From contig CAWJTV010000033.1 of NCBI GenBank assembly GCA_963845755.1, forward strand, positions 160,001 through 224,000: 64,000 bases of DNA, read 5' to 3'. The notes under the pieces were generated by a model, which was given only the letters and a program-made list of their open reading frames with translations, did not search any database and was not told the DNA's origin. The stretch comes from an uncultured Planctomycetota bacterium. GTDB lineage: Bacteria; Planctomycetota; Planctomycetia; Isosphaerales; Isosphaeraceae. The translations under genes were made by a program, and so were the position numbers. This document shows, piece after piece, positions 33,719 through 45,293 of the stretch (position 1 is its first letter; each line of letters starts with the position of its first letter).

Positions 33719-34877
33719 TCACCGCCGAGTGCCAAGGCGGTTGCGGTCCAGGACCACCTGGAGGGGCGTCGCCACTTCCTGGGCCACAAAGGCGTGGCCG
33801 GATTCGTTGAGGTGTCCGTTAACGGGGAATACCAGTTTGGCCCAATCGCTCCGCGCGGGCCTGGATCGCCACATCGATCACCGGGACATCGATTTGCCAC
33901 ATCGACAGGATCCGAGCGAGCGGGCTTTGTCCGTCCACCGGTCGATAATTGGCGACCGGTCCGACGACCAGGATGCAGAGCTTGGTCCCGTGCCGCCGGC
34001 ATTCCTCGTCGATGGATCGGAACAACGAACGGCATCGCCTCACGGCCGTTGCGTTCTCCGCGCTGGCAGCCAGTTCCGGGTCGGTCCACCAGTTCTTCGG
34101 TCCCTGTGGCGACCGGGAGGCTCCGCCTGGATTCCAGCTCAGCAGGGCCCGTTGCACGAAGAAGCCGAACTTCGAATGGAGGTTGATCCAGGCGACGACG
34201 TGCCTCGTCCAGGCCGGCTTCCGGAAGTAGTCGCGGAGCGGATGGCCCTCCGAGTCGAAGCCATCATCCGGCAGTAAACCCTGGAAATCGTTCCCCGGGA
34301 AGATGCAAAGGACCAAGGCGTCGGGGGGATTCTCCGGAAGGACATCGTGGATGATGCGATGCCAGTAGTCGAAGAGGTCGGTGGCGGAAACGCCATAGTT
34401 CACGCAGACCCTCGATGGCGACGGCGCGCCCCGATTGAGCTGACGCTCCAGGCGGGCACAGAATGTCGAGTCATACGGAACTTGCATCGCTTCGGTGAAG
34501 GAGTCGCCCACGAAAGCGATGCGATAGGGATGGTCGGCCTCCACGGGTTCGGGTCGGGCACGATATCCCGTCGCATTCGTGCGGAACATGACGCGGAACT
34601 CCGACCCTTCGACGCGATACGTCGTGTTCGGCCACCACTTCTTCCCGACCTCGGTCTGACCGGAGCCGATCATTAGCCGGTCGCAGCGAATCCAGTATCG
34701 AGGTTCCCAGAAGAGACGAAATGCCGCCTCGGCGATGACGAGTGCGATCGTGAAAGTGATCAGGTTGACCACAATCAGGAGGAGGACGCGCCTGCGCCTC
34801 GGAAGTTTCGTTCGGGCCGCAACGTGACTCGGCACGTCCAACGGAGAGAGCCGCGCGGGATTGCATGCAACGGCCAT
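33719..34877 (-). CDS. Membrane-anchored SGNH/GDSL hydrolase-like protein (frameshift near 33850)
   Basis: N-terminal TM; RIAFVGDSFTE, NYGVS and GND; the C-terminal frame reads FPVNGHLNESGH. Confidence 0.8.
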
Positions 34878-35273
34878 GGCCTGTTCTCCCCGGATCGGAT
34901 TCGCCCAGCTTCTTTTTCGGCGATCCGGGGAAGGAACCTGTGAGGTTTATGGCTGACCGGGGCACGGCGTCATGGCAGGACGCTCAAGAGGGAAAAGCCA
35001 GGTGTTAGTCCGGCCGTGCATCTTGCCGCACCGATTCGTGATATTCCTGGCAGGATGGAAGCGGTCAGCCTTCTGGAGGTCCCTGGCAAATAGGTTTCCA
35101 GGCCTGGTAGAGGATCAGGCGGGAGCGATAGTCGGCTTTCGTGGGTTCGTCCGTCAGCAACTCGATGGCCCGCCCTTGCCACTTGAACGCCGTGACGGGA
35201 GCCTTGACGGAGGCTCCTCGCCGAGACCTCCTCCTGGATTGAATCATCAATGAGAACTCAACGGGATGGCACT

Positions 35274-37609
35274 TCAGGGTGCAGGCGCGAACGGATTGTC
35301 CGGAATGGGATCATATCGCTCGCCCGATCGGATCAGTTCGTTCCAGGGCGGGGCGTGGAGGAGGAAGGCCGGGCCGGCGTCGCCCGTGCCGACCGTCGCG
35401 CAGACGTTTCCCTCATCGGCGGATACGCCGATGCGAAGGATCTGGTGCGGTTCCTTGGAGCCGAGCGCGATCTCGACCCGGAATCGAGGATGCGCGAGTC
35501 CCGCCGCGATCGGCAGGTCCCCGTCGTACTGGATGAAGCGGGTCGTCTTGAGCTGGGACATCAATCGGACCAGGTCGCTCATCCGCGACAGGTCGATCCC
35601 GTCGGCTTCGGTACCGGATTCGGGGACCCACTCCACCTGTCCGCGTTCTTTCGGCATCCGCCGGTAAAGTGCCACCGTCCGGTTCGGCCAGCGAAGGAGG
35701 ACGCGCTGGGCCTTCGCAGGCGCGAACGACATGACGCGATGGTCGTGGAATTCGGCATGGAACAGGCGCACGGTCGTCGCGGAGAGGAGGAAGAGCAGGG
35801 AGTGTCCGTCGAGCGCCGCATAGTAATTCAGAGTTCGAGGGACCGCGTCCCCGATCTTGAGTCGGTGCACGCCATCGGATTCCCAGGTGACCTCGATCGC
35901 CGGCGGGTCGAGGCCCAGATGCTTCCATTCGCCGGCCGGGACGGCTGCAAACTCCTCGGCGCGGAGCTGCGACAATCCGGCAAGCACCTGCGTGATCGAT
36001 GCGGCGTCCGCTTGCGCCGGACCGGCGCGAGCATCCGCCAGGCGTTGGGTTCGCCCGATTGGTCCGGCTCGAACTCGTGGACGCGAGTCCCGCGACGAAT
36101 CGTGAGCTTGCGAATCTTGGTGGGATCGAGCGTGATGAGCGAGCGATCGCTGAAGGCGTACGGGTTCTTGGGGAGCACGTCCAGCAACCGGTCGGGCAGG
36201 GCGAGAATCATCGGGTCGCCCTTCAACCGGGCGAAGATCGCCTTCTTGAGGACATCCTGAGCGCCGAGCTCCAGTTGGAGGGCCGGCCTTCCTTGCGACT
36301 CCGACGAGCCGCCCGTCTCGGTCCCCTGCCGCGGAGGCGTGCCCTGGTCGATCCGGATCGACATGATCGGCGGGTCGAGCTTGGAATCGGGGACTTTCTT
36401 GGGATCGAGGAACTCGCTGGTCTGGAGATTCGCGATGTGGGTGAGGAACGTCTGGACGGTCCGGGAATCGGCCTTCTCGCGTCGGGGCGATGTGAGTTCC
36501 CAGCCGGTCGAGCCCTTCGACAGCTTGAAAATGTCGCTACGAGTCGCGATCTCGATCGCGCTCACGGCGGCCGGCACGATGTCGGTGATCTGCTGGCTGC
36601 GGAGCAGCGTGGGACTCTCGGGAATTTCCGCGAGCGCCCGCGCGTCGACCATCACCACGTCATCCTGGCCGCCCTGCCGGACGAAGACGCGCTCCGGCTC
36701 GTCGGGCACGGGCTTGCCCACATCCAGGACCAGGCGTCCTTCGGTATCCACGGTCTTGGTCGCCAGCTCGACGGTGACCTCCGGCGTGGCCAGGCCGAAT
36801 GGAGCGAAGTCCTTGACATCGTCGGCCACGTAGCCCTTGGGGAGGTCGACCGCGCGGAGCGACGCCAGTCCGGCAATCAAACTCTCGATCTTGGAGCTGT
36901 TGGCGAGGACGTCCAGCGGCTCCTTGAGCTTCCAGCGCCCGGCGCGGTCCCGCTCGGCGCGGATGATCGTCGGGTTTTTGCCGGATCCCCCGCGTCGCGT
37001 GATCTTGACGGACACCACCTCGAAGGAGGGCACGCCCATGATCACGGGCTCGCGCCAGTCGGTAACGGGCGAGTCGAGCCCACCGAGCAGCCGGGCGTTC
37101 ACGACCTCGATGCCCGGACCGCCGACGGGATGGACGAAGCGTTGGCCGTTCGCGGCCTTGCCGACCTCGAGGGTGGCGATGGGCGAATCGGACCCGCGCG
37201 ACCCTGCCGCGCCCGCGAACAGCCGGACCACCGCCGCCGGTGGAGCTAACCCGAACGACTCCGGCGGGCCGGTGAGTGTACCCGCCTCCGGCGACTCGCG
37301 CAACTCCTTGAGGTTGCGGACGAGGATCTCCAGGCGCGAGGGCTCGGCCGCCACGTCCCGGGGCTCGACCATCTGCCAGCGGCCCCGGCCCGCGTCGCGA
37401 CGCTCGAAGACCAGGTGCTCGTTGCCGCGGTCGATCGCCACGCGGCGGATCTCCTGTCCCGGGGTGTCGATCAGGTCCGGCAGCACCAGGTCGGCTCGCC
37501 GCGCCGTGTCCCACTGCGGGCGCAGTCCGGATCGATCGAGCCCCCACATGAGCAGGAGGAGGCCGAAGAACAACACCATCAGAACGATCGTCTTTCGATT
37601 CGATTTCAT
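35274..37609 (-). CDS. Multi-DUF4340 domain protein (frameshift near 36010)
   Basis: N-terminal TM; repeated W-x-[ML]-x-x-P...A, FGLxxP and L-x-[VI]-G units; last gene of the Gld-like ABC operon. Confidence 0.75.
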
Positions 37610-37613
37610 GTCA

Positions 37614-39444
37614 TTATTCGCGCCGGGCCACGTAGATGATGATCCCCACGGCAATGATCAGCATCAAGGCCGTGGCGGATGGGACCATGATCAGCCGCGA
37701 CCGGAGCTGGTCGTCCACGGCGAGAGTCAGCGCGACGTGGGTCTTGGCGCTGATCCCCATCGTGTCGGGCCGACCGCGCAGCCAGCTCGCTGCGTTCATC
37801 AGGAGGTCGAGGCTGGACGATGCGATATCCTGGAGGCCGTTGTCGGCCATGGCCGGGCAGGAGAAGAGGACCAGCCGCGGCTTCTCCTCGGGCTCGACAC
37901 CCGGGCGCGGCGCGCCGGCCCGCGCGCGACCGCCACGCCGACCGTCACGGGTCCGCGTTGATCGGAAGGATCCAGGAACGGCCGGGGGTTCTTCAGGTCC
38001 GTTTCGGCCCACGAGGAGGGGCTCGTCTGCAGGATCACCACGGGGACGAGGTTCCGGTTCACCGGCCCGTTCGCGCCCTGGTTCTGCCCGGTCAGGCCCC
38101 AGACATAGATCGGCGCCGCGTTGGGGAGGATCACATAACGATTGGGATCCATCGCCGAGGAGATCGGATGGGGGGTCGTCTCCCGCGTCGGGACCTTGAT
38201 CAATTGCAAGTTCCCCTGGTAGTTCAGACGCTGATCGATGACCAGGCCAGGCCGGATCTCGAGATTGTTCGACTTGAGGAAGTCCTCGAGGCCCGAGGGC
38301 CGCGCATTCCCGAGCAGGAGCAGCAGCGGTCGGTCGTGATCCGCGTACTCACGGATCTTCGCCACCTCGTTCGGCTGGAGCGGGTCGGCCGGTCCCGCGA
38401 CAATCAGCAGGGCCAGGTCGCCGGGAATCTCCTCCTCGGCGAGGTGAAGCTCGATCACGTCGCAACCGCTGGCCATCAGCCGCGACTTCCAGTTGCCAAG
38501 CCCCTTGCCACCCGGGTCGTCCGGCGCGGTTCTCCGTGCCCGGCGGTGAAGCCCACCTTGACCCGCTTGCCCCCGTGGAGGCGCATCAGGGCCGACGTGA
38601 GCGCGTCCTCACCGTGGAAGGCGGTCTCGAATCGGTCGCTGGCTGCGCGGAACCGATCGGGCGAGATCGGCTCGAACATCTCCTGATTCCGCACGACCAT
38701 CACCGCGGCTTCGGTCCCCTCACCATACTCGATCAGGACTCCGCCGCCGCGGAGCTGCGCCAGGTCGGGCACCCGCTTGGACAGTTCCTCGATCCGACTC
38801 AGGTCCATATAGGGGTCCAGGCTCGCGAGCCGGATCCATTGGGGATTGGCGGCACGGTACGACTCCAGCAGTTGATCGACGCGGCCGCGCTGGCGCTCCG
38901 CGAGCGGGCCGTGCCCGAAGATCATGGTGAAGGTCACCGGCCGATCCAGCCGGTTCAACTGGTTCAGCGTCTGAGACGCCAGGGAGTACGTCCCCTCCCG
39001 GGTCATGTCCAGCGGCCAGGCCACGTATCGGAACGCCAGTACGTTGATGACGATCAGCACCCCCGCCAGCAGCGAGAGGTTCAGGAACGCGTTGGAGAGA
39101 TCGATGGTCCGTCGCAGGGTTGGGCTGGAATGCCGGTAGCGACGGTTGAGCCCGATGAGCGTCAGGACCAGCCCGAACCCGAGGCCGAACATGGGCATCG
39201 ACCAGGGCACCCCACGGTCGAGCGCGACATAGGCTCCGCCCAGGATCAGCAGCAGGCCGGCCACCACGCCGACCACGATCCGGTCGCGGTAGCCGGCGCG
39301 GTGCGTCGGCGTCCTCCTCCGCCACGGCCGCCTGTCCGGGGGGCGCCCGCGCAGGATCCAGGTCAACACCAGGAACACCGCCAGGGCCGACCCGGCGATC
39401 CAGACGTCGCTGCGCCCCAGGAATGTCAGAATCTTCTCGCCCAT
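37614..39444 (-). CDS. GldG-like ABC transporter auxiliary/substrate-binding protein (several frameshifts)
   Basis: DMTREGTYSLASQT, GEDALTSAL, GFTAGHGE, LLIVAGP, TSPSSWAETD, LLMNAASWL and a C-terminal TM ending ..RRE. Confidence 0.78.
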
Positions 39445-39622
39445 CGACAACCCGTCTCCCCCGCTCGTTATCTTCCGGACGGTCTCCGCGCCGTGCGCGT
39501 CGCCGGGGATTCCCAATTCAAGATTCGATGTTCAACATTTTCGGATTCCTGATAGTCATGATTCCCGAATCCTAATCTTGAGTTGGGAATCGCGAGTCTT
39601 GTACTTGGAATCGCGAAATCCT

Positions 39623-40385
39623 CTAGCGGTTCGACCGGGCCTCCAGGATTCGTGCGGTCAGGCTGAGCACCAGCACGCAGACCGACAGGTGCAGCACGAG
39701 ATGACGCAGGTCGAGCTGGCCCATGCCAAAGCCCCGGACCTGATACAGGACCGAGGAAAACCGGACCCCGTCCGCCCACCCGGCGCTGTCGGGCGCCGAA
39801 CAGATAGACCAGGGGGACCATCACGATCAGGAACAACAGCACCGCGAACGTCCAGATCGCCGAGATAATCTGATTTCGAGTCATCGAGCTGAAGAACAAC
39901 CCGATCGCCACGAACATCATGCCCATCGTGGTCAGGCCGATCCCCAGCGTGAGGACCGGGCCCACGTCGAAGTAGAAGTGCGCCTGGTAGTACAGGAACG
40001 GCAGATACAGGGCGAACGGCAGGAGCAGGACGAGATACATCACCACGCCCGAGAGCCACTTGGCCAGCACCACCTGCGACTCGGTCACGGGCAGGGTCAG
40101 CAGAGTCTCGAGCGTCCCCGATCGGCGCTCTTCCGCCAGCAATCGCATGGTCAGCGCGGGGATCGCAAAGAGGATCGCGATCCAGAACGCCGGGCTGCCC
40201 GAGATATAGGTCGTCATCGGGTCCCGGAGGCTCGATAATTCGAGCTGGGGCTGCCTGAGGAAGTCGACCAGTTCCCAGTAGTTCAGGAAGGCGACGAGCT
40301 GGAAGGCCAGGAGCACAAGATAAGCCATCGGGGCCAGGAAGTAGGCCGACAACTCGCGAATCAACAGTGTGGAGACGTGTCGCAT
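39623..40385 (-). CDS. GldF-like ABC-2 permease (frameshift near 39790)
   Basis: RELSAYFLAPMAY, PALTMRLLAEERRSGTLETLLTLPV and IGLFFSSMTRNQIIS. Confidence 0.85.
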
Positions 40386-40387
40386 GG

Positions 40388-41356
40388 TCAGGAGGCCTCG
40401 CGTCGGGCATCGGCGAGCGTGTCCCGGGACACCGCCTGAGTGAACCGTTCTTCCAGGGAGCCCCGCCGTAAATCGAGTCTCCGGAGTATCCAGCCGTTGG
40501 AGTGCAGCTTGCGACTGATGGCTTCGCGGAGGTCCTGGTCGCCCTGAGTCTGGATCTGGAAGCCGGCGTGCTCGCCTTGCTGCTGCGACAGGACGACCTG
40601 CTCGACCCCGGGAATCGTCTGGAGCGCGGCGCGGATGGCCTCGGCGGGGCCCCGGGCCTCTACCTCGATCGCACTCCCGCGCCGGAGGTCCTCCAGCCGT
40701 TCGTCGACGGCGATCTTCCCGCGCGCGATGATGATGACGCGTCCGCAGATCGCCTCGACTTCGGGAAGGATGTGGGTGGACAGCAGGATTGTATGCCGGT
40801 CCCCCAGGTCGCGGATCAGCGCCCGGACCTCCAGGATCTGGATGGGGTCGAGCCCGGCGGTCGGTTCGTCGAGGATCAGGATCGGCGGGTCGTGGATCAT
40901 CGCTTCGGCCAGCCCCACGCGCTGGCGGAAACCCCGAGAGAGCTGGCCGATGATCCGGTTCTCCACCTCCTCGAGGCGGCAACGGCCGACGACCTCCGCC
41001 ACCGCACGCCGGAGCTTCGACCGGGGCACATCCTTGAGCCGGGCGCGGAAACGGAGGAACTCTCGGACGCGCATCTCGACATACAGCGGGACGTTCTCCG
41101 GGAGATAGCCGACCCGGCGACGGACTTCCAGCGGGTCGTCCAGGACGTCGAAACCGGCCAGGGCCGCGCGCCCGCTGGTCGGGCCCAGGTAAGTCGTCAG
41201 CATCCGCATGGTCGTCGTCTTGCCGGCCCCATTGGGCCCCAGCAGGCCGACGATCTCGCCTTCGCTAACCTCGAAGCTGATGCCATCCACCGCCCGGAAC
41301 GACCCGAATCGCCTGGAGAGCCGGTCCACCTGGATCATGGGTTGGTCATTCGTCAT
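40388..41356 (-). CDS. GldA-like ABC transporter ATP-binding protein
   Basis: GPNGAGKTT, GYLPE, LSRGFRQRVGLA, LDEPTAGLDP, STHIL and SLEERF. Confidence 0.92.
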   Translation of the reverse strand: MTNDQPMIQVDRLSRRFGSFRAVDGISFEVSEGEIVGLLGPNGAGKTTTMRMLTTYLGPTSGRAALAGFDVLDDPLEVRRRVGYLPENVPLYVEMRVREFLRFRARLKDVPRSKLRRAVAEVVGRCRLEEVENRIIGQLSRGFRQRVGLAEAMIHDPPILILDEPTAGLDPIQILEVRALIRDLGDRHTILLSTHILPEVEAICGRVIIIARGKIAVDERLEDLRRGSAIEVEARGPAEAIRAALQTIPGVEQVVLSQQQGEHAGFQIQTQGDQDLREAISRKLHSNGWILRRLDLRRGSLEERFTQAVSRDTLADARREAS

Positions 41357-41380
41357 GAGTCATTCGTCGTGGGTCATTGG

Positions 41381-42542
41381 TCAATCGCCTCGAGCCTCGG
41401 CTCCCGTCAATCCGGGCGAGCGCGAGACCCAGACCAGGACGATCAAGGTCTGCTCCGGAGTTCGGACCGGACTCGGCTTGCCCAGATCCACCGCAGGTGA
41501 GCTCCGCTCCTGCTCGGGAGTCGGCGGTCGATCGGGGGCCGGCGGCTCTTCCGGCGGAGCAGCCTCCCCGTTGCCGGCCGCATCGGGAGCCTTGATCGCC
41601 AGCGCCACGCGGGATCATATCGGCCGCGGGCGACGGAGGACATGCCTGGACCTGCCCGATATCGGCCAGTTGCGTCACGACCGTGGGATCGACGGGAGAC
41701 TCCTGGACCTGATTCTGCAAGGCCGCACGAAGCCGGTTGCGCAGCGTATCGAGCTCATTCGGGCTCACGACCAGCGCGAAGACCGTGGCCTCACCGGGAT
41801 GGCGCGGGTCGATCACGATGCCCTGGGCAATCGTGATCTTGAAGTAGTTGAACCGCGTGGTTTCCTCGACCGCGGTCGCCACCTGTTTCTGGGTCGAACC
41901 GTCGGTCGTCACATCGGCGACCAGGAAGATCCGGCGAAGATCGGGATTGTCGAGGTACTGGGTCACGTGCTCCAGTTCGCCCGAATCGCGGGCGATTCGA
42001 CGGTGATCTTCCCGGTGCCGGTCCTGGGAGTCCGTCTTGCTCGTGGCGCCCTCGGAAGTCTTATGAGGAGCGAATGAGGGCCAGCGTGATTCAGACGCCT
42101 TGAGCAATGGGGCCGACGAAGGACTGTGGGAGCGATCCAGATTGGCGACAATGGGATCCGGCTGAGCGGTCGGACCGCGAGCGGCCCAGGGACGCACCAC
42201 CTGGAAGAAGGTCAGAAGCAGGCCGATCAGGATCATGGCGGCAACGCCCACCATCCCCGCGGCCCAGGCCGGAAGCGGCCGAACCATAGGTCGAACCGGC
42301 AGGGCCGGCCAGATCCGCCGCAGACGGGATCGCGCGCGAACCCGGCGCAGGACTCGGGAGGAGACCTCCACCGGCACGTCGCGCGACAGACCGGCCACGA
42401 GGTCGCGTACGAGGGTCAGCCTTCGTAATTCCTCGCCGAGCTGCGGATCGGCGATCAGGGCCGATTCCACCGCCTGCTGTTGATCCAGGCTGAGCTGGCC
42501 ATCCATGTAGGCACTCAGGAATGACTCGTCGTCAATAGTCAT
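41381..42542 (-). CDS. Transmembrane anti-sigma factor (frameshift near 41605)
   Basis: LSAYMDGQL anti-sigma domain motif and a single TM; lies directly downstream of an ECF sigma gene. Confidence 0.8.
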
Positions 42543-42621
42543 GTGTCAGTCTTCGGGAAAGGGGCCAGAGCGGAGGTGGCCTCATGCCTCCCAAGATTGC
42601 GGCGAGGCTCGACGGCTCAGC

Positions 42622-43242
42622 CTAGCGGACCAGGGGTGACCCCTGGCGCACCGGCTGGTGCTCGTCGTCCAAGACCCGCAAACGATTAGAAAGTTCACAA
42701 CGGGCGCGGTGCAACCGGCTGCGGACCGTACCCACGGGGATATTGAGAATCGCGCCGATCTCCTCGTAACGATGGCCATCAAAGTCTTTCAGGACGACGA
42801 TCGCACGATGTTCGGGACTCAGGCTACTCAGCGCGTCCTGCACGATGCGCTCGCGTTCGGCACGCTCCAGGGGGGCGGCCGGGTCGGAATCGGGCGACTC
42901 GTCGGCGGGATCGGTTCCCCGGGAGATCGGCGGCCGGTGCCGAAGCCGTAAGCTGGACCGGATGCGCCGACGACGATGACCGCTGAGTGCCAGGTTGACC
43001 GCAATCCGGTAGATCCATGTATAGAATGAGCTGTCTCCCTGGAACTGGTCGAACTTCTCGAACGCCCGCAGGAACGTGTCTTGCAAGACATCCTCGGCGT
43101 CCTCGGCCGAGCCGATGAGCCTCAGGATCGTCGGGTACAGCCGTTCCTGGTAACGCTTGACCAACACCTCGAACGCATCGGTCCGACCGGCCCGATACGC
43201 TTGCACGAGGCTATGATCGTCGGGGCACCGGGACATCATCAT
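42622..43242 (-). CDS. ECF sigma-70 factor (SigW/RpoE-like)
   Basis: AFEVLVKRYQ, DAEDVLQDTF, FYTWIYRIAVN and YEEIGAILNIPVGTVRSRLHRAR. Confidence 0.92.
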   Translation of the reverse strand: MMMSRCPDDHSLVQAYRAGRTDAFEVLVKRYQERLYPTILRLIGSAEDAEDVLQDTFLRAFEKFDQFQGDSSFYTWIYRIAVNLALSGHRRRRIRSSLRLRHRPPISRGTDPADESPDSDPAAPLERAERERIVQDALSSLSPEHRAIVVLKDFDGHRYEEIGAILNIPVGTVRSRLHRARCELSNRLRVLDDEHQPVRQGSPLVR

Positions 43243-43508
43243 TGTTGGACGTCCGAGCTCGGCCTGGAGTTCCCGCAAAATGCATCGACCCGTAGCGGCT
43301 GGGTTGGGGTGGCCCACGGGATTCATTGTATTTTACAGGACCGAGTCCCAAAAGCCCACATCCCCGAAGGACCAGTTCCACCAAGGGAAACCGACGAGAG
43401 CGTTTCAAGGATTGGGTTGCGCTCGACCGAGGCGGAGTCGAGGTCGGGTGGGTCGAGCCTCGATTCATCGAGACGACGCCCACCCGACCGGGCTTCTCGT
43501 TCACGCTT

Positions 43509-44597
43509 TCAATGAGTGGTCGCGACGAAGCCATGGAAGACCCCGTTCGCGTCCGAGTAGAAGCCCGTAATCTCGCCGGAATTGGTAATGCCCGTGATCT
43601 GGGTGACCTCCACGCCATTGTTGAATGCTTCGTTGGGGTCATCCAGGAAGGTGTATTGCCCGGTCCGCGTGTTATAGAGGAATCCGTGCTGACTGGTCGT
43701 GGAGTCGCCGTAGTAGCCCACGGCGATCCCATGGTCGTTGACCCCGAGGATCTGGGAAAAGACGAACGTGGCGCCTGGTTCTCCAGGGACGGTCGGGATG
43801 GTCGGGTCCGCAACCGCGATGCCCGTGAGAGTACCATGCCTCGCCGCCTTCGCGATGGCGATGAATCCGTGGTCCTGGCCATCGGTGCCGACGTAGAACC
43901 CGACCACCAGGCCGTGGTTGTTCACGCCCTGGGCATTCACGACGTTCGGCCCCGACGGGGCATTGATCGTGATGTAAGTCTTGCCATGGACCTGAAGGAA
44001 CCCCGGCGTCGCGGTCGAGGTCACGTACTGGCCGACGACCGCCCCCTGGTCATTGATCCCGAAGGCCACCGCCGACGAACCGCCCTGAGGAATGAACGTC
44101 TTGAGGTTGCCGCGCCGGCCGAGCGTGAACGCGTTCCCGTTTCCATCCGTGCCCACGACCGTGCCGCCGGAATTGATCCCGAACGCCATCGCCTGCGTCG
44201 ATCCGTTGATGCTCAAACGCTCGACTGCCGTGGCCTTGCGGGGATTCACCGCGAAGTTCTGGAAGTTTCCATCGTTGGAAATGGTGAATCCGACGGCGGC
44301 GCCTGAGTTCGAAATGCCGTTCATGTTCGTCCCGGCGCCTGCGTTCGTGCCCGGAGTCGGACCGTCGAAGTTGGTGAAACTGAAGCCGTGGGAGAAGACG
44401 TTGTTGAGGAGCCCGATCGTCGGCCCGCTGGCCCGAGACTGGTGATCGTCGTGATGTTTGACGTCCGCCACCTGGGCCGGGCCGCTCAGATGGTGCATGG
44501 GATGCATCGGCGCCGCATTGAGCAAGGCGCGATCTTCCAGCGGGTTCAAGGAGGGACGGAGGTCGCGGCGGCGCGGCGATCGACGTTTCTGGAACAT
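43509..44597 (-). CDS. Secreted protein with LEDRALL leader and HAF-like beta-repeats
   Basis: RRRDLRPSLNPLEDRALL leader; six repeats of xGINxxGx[VI]VG...HGF/AF. Confidence 0.8.
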   Translation of the reverse strand: MFQKRRSPRRRDLRPSLNPLEDRALLNAAPMHPMHHLSGPAQVADVKHHDDHQSRASGPTIGLLNNVFSHGFSFTNFDGPTPGTNAGAGTNMNGISNSGAAVGFTISNDGNFQNFAVNPRKATAVERLSINGSTQAMAFGINSGGTVVGTDGNGNAFTLGRRGNLKTFIPQGGSSAVAFGINDQGAVVGQYVTSTATPGFLQVHGKTYITINAPSGPNVVNAQGVNNHGLVVGFYVGTDGQDHGFIAIAKAARHGTLTGIAVADPTIPTVPGEPGATFVFSQILGVNDHGIAVGYYGDSTTSQHGFLYNTRTGQYTFLDDPNEAFNNGVEVTQITGITNSGEITGFYSDANGVFHGFVATTH

Positions 44598-45293
44598 GGA
44601 GTATCTCCCGGGGTTGAGAGGACCGAAGCCATGCGATCGCGAGAGGACGGCCATTCCGCCGCGCACGAGCGGCCGGACCGTCCTCGGGATCGCGGGATCG
44701 CGATCAGAACAATGGGGATTGAGATTCGCCGGGCACGGAAGTGCCGGTCGAGGAACCGTGCGGTCAGGGGAGGCGCCCGCACCGATGTCGCGGGCTCGAG
44801 ATTCGACTTGCTGGGGGCACCGCAAACCTCCGTCAGGCTTGACAACGACCGACTCGCCGCTCACTCGCGGACTCGGCTCGAATCGGTCTCTACCAGAGAC
44901 ATTGCCAGATGTGGTGGCGACCGGACACCTCATCCCGGAGACGCTTCTCGACGGCCGGCTCCCCACGGATCCCGCCGTGGCAGGATCGGCTCCTGCGATC
45001 CAACCGGCACAGGCGAGGTAAGCGGGACGTCCGATGTGGATGGCACACCGTTCACGACAAGACCTCGAATCGGTAGGATCTTCGGAATGCGGACAACTTC
45101 CGCTCGGAGTCGGACGACACAATTAACGAGAGGTGACCACGACCACGACCAGCTCGCCGCGGGGCGCCCGCGGATCGAGTGCGGTCGCGGTCGGCCGGCT
45201 TGCGTATTCAACAGAGTTCATCGTCGGGGACCCGTCCGGCTCTCCTTCTCCGCGCGGAGAGGCCGTGGACTCCCGGCTGCGGGGAGGTGTTCG

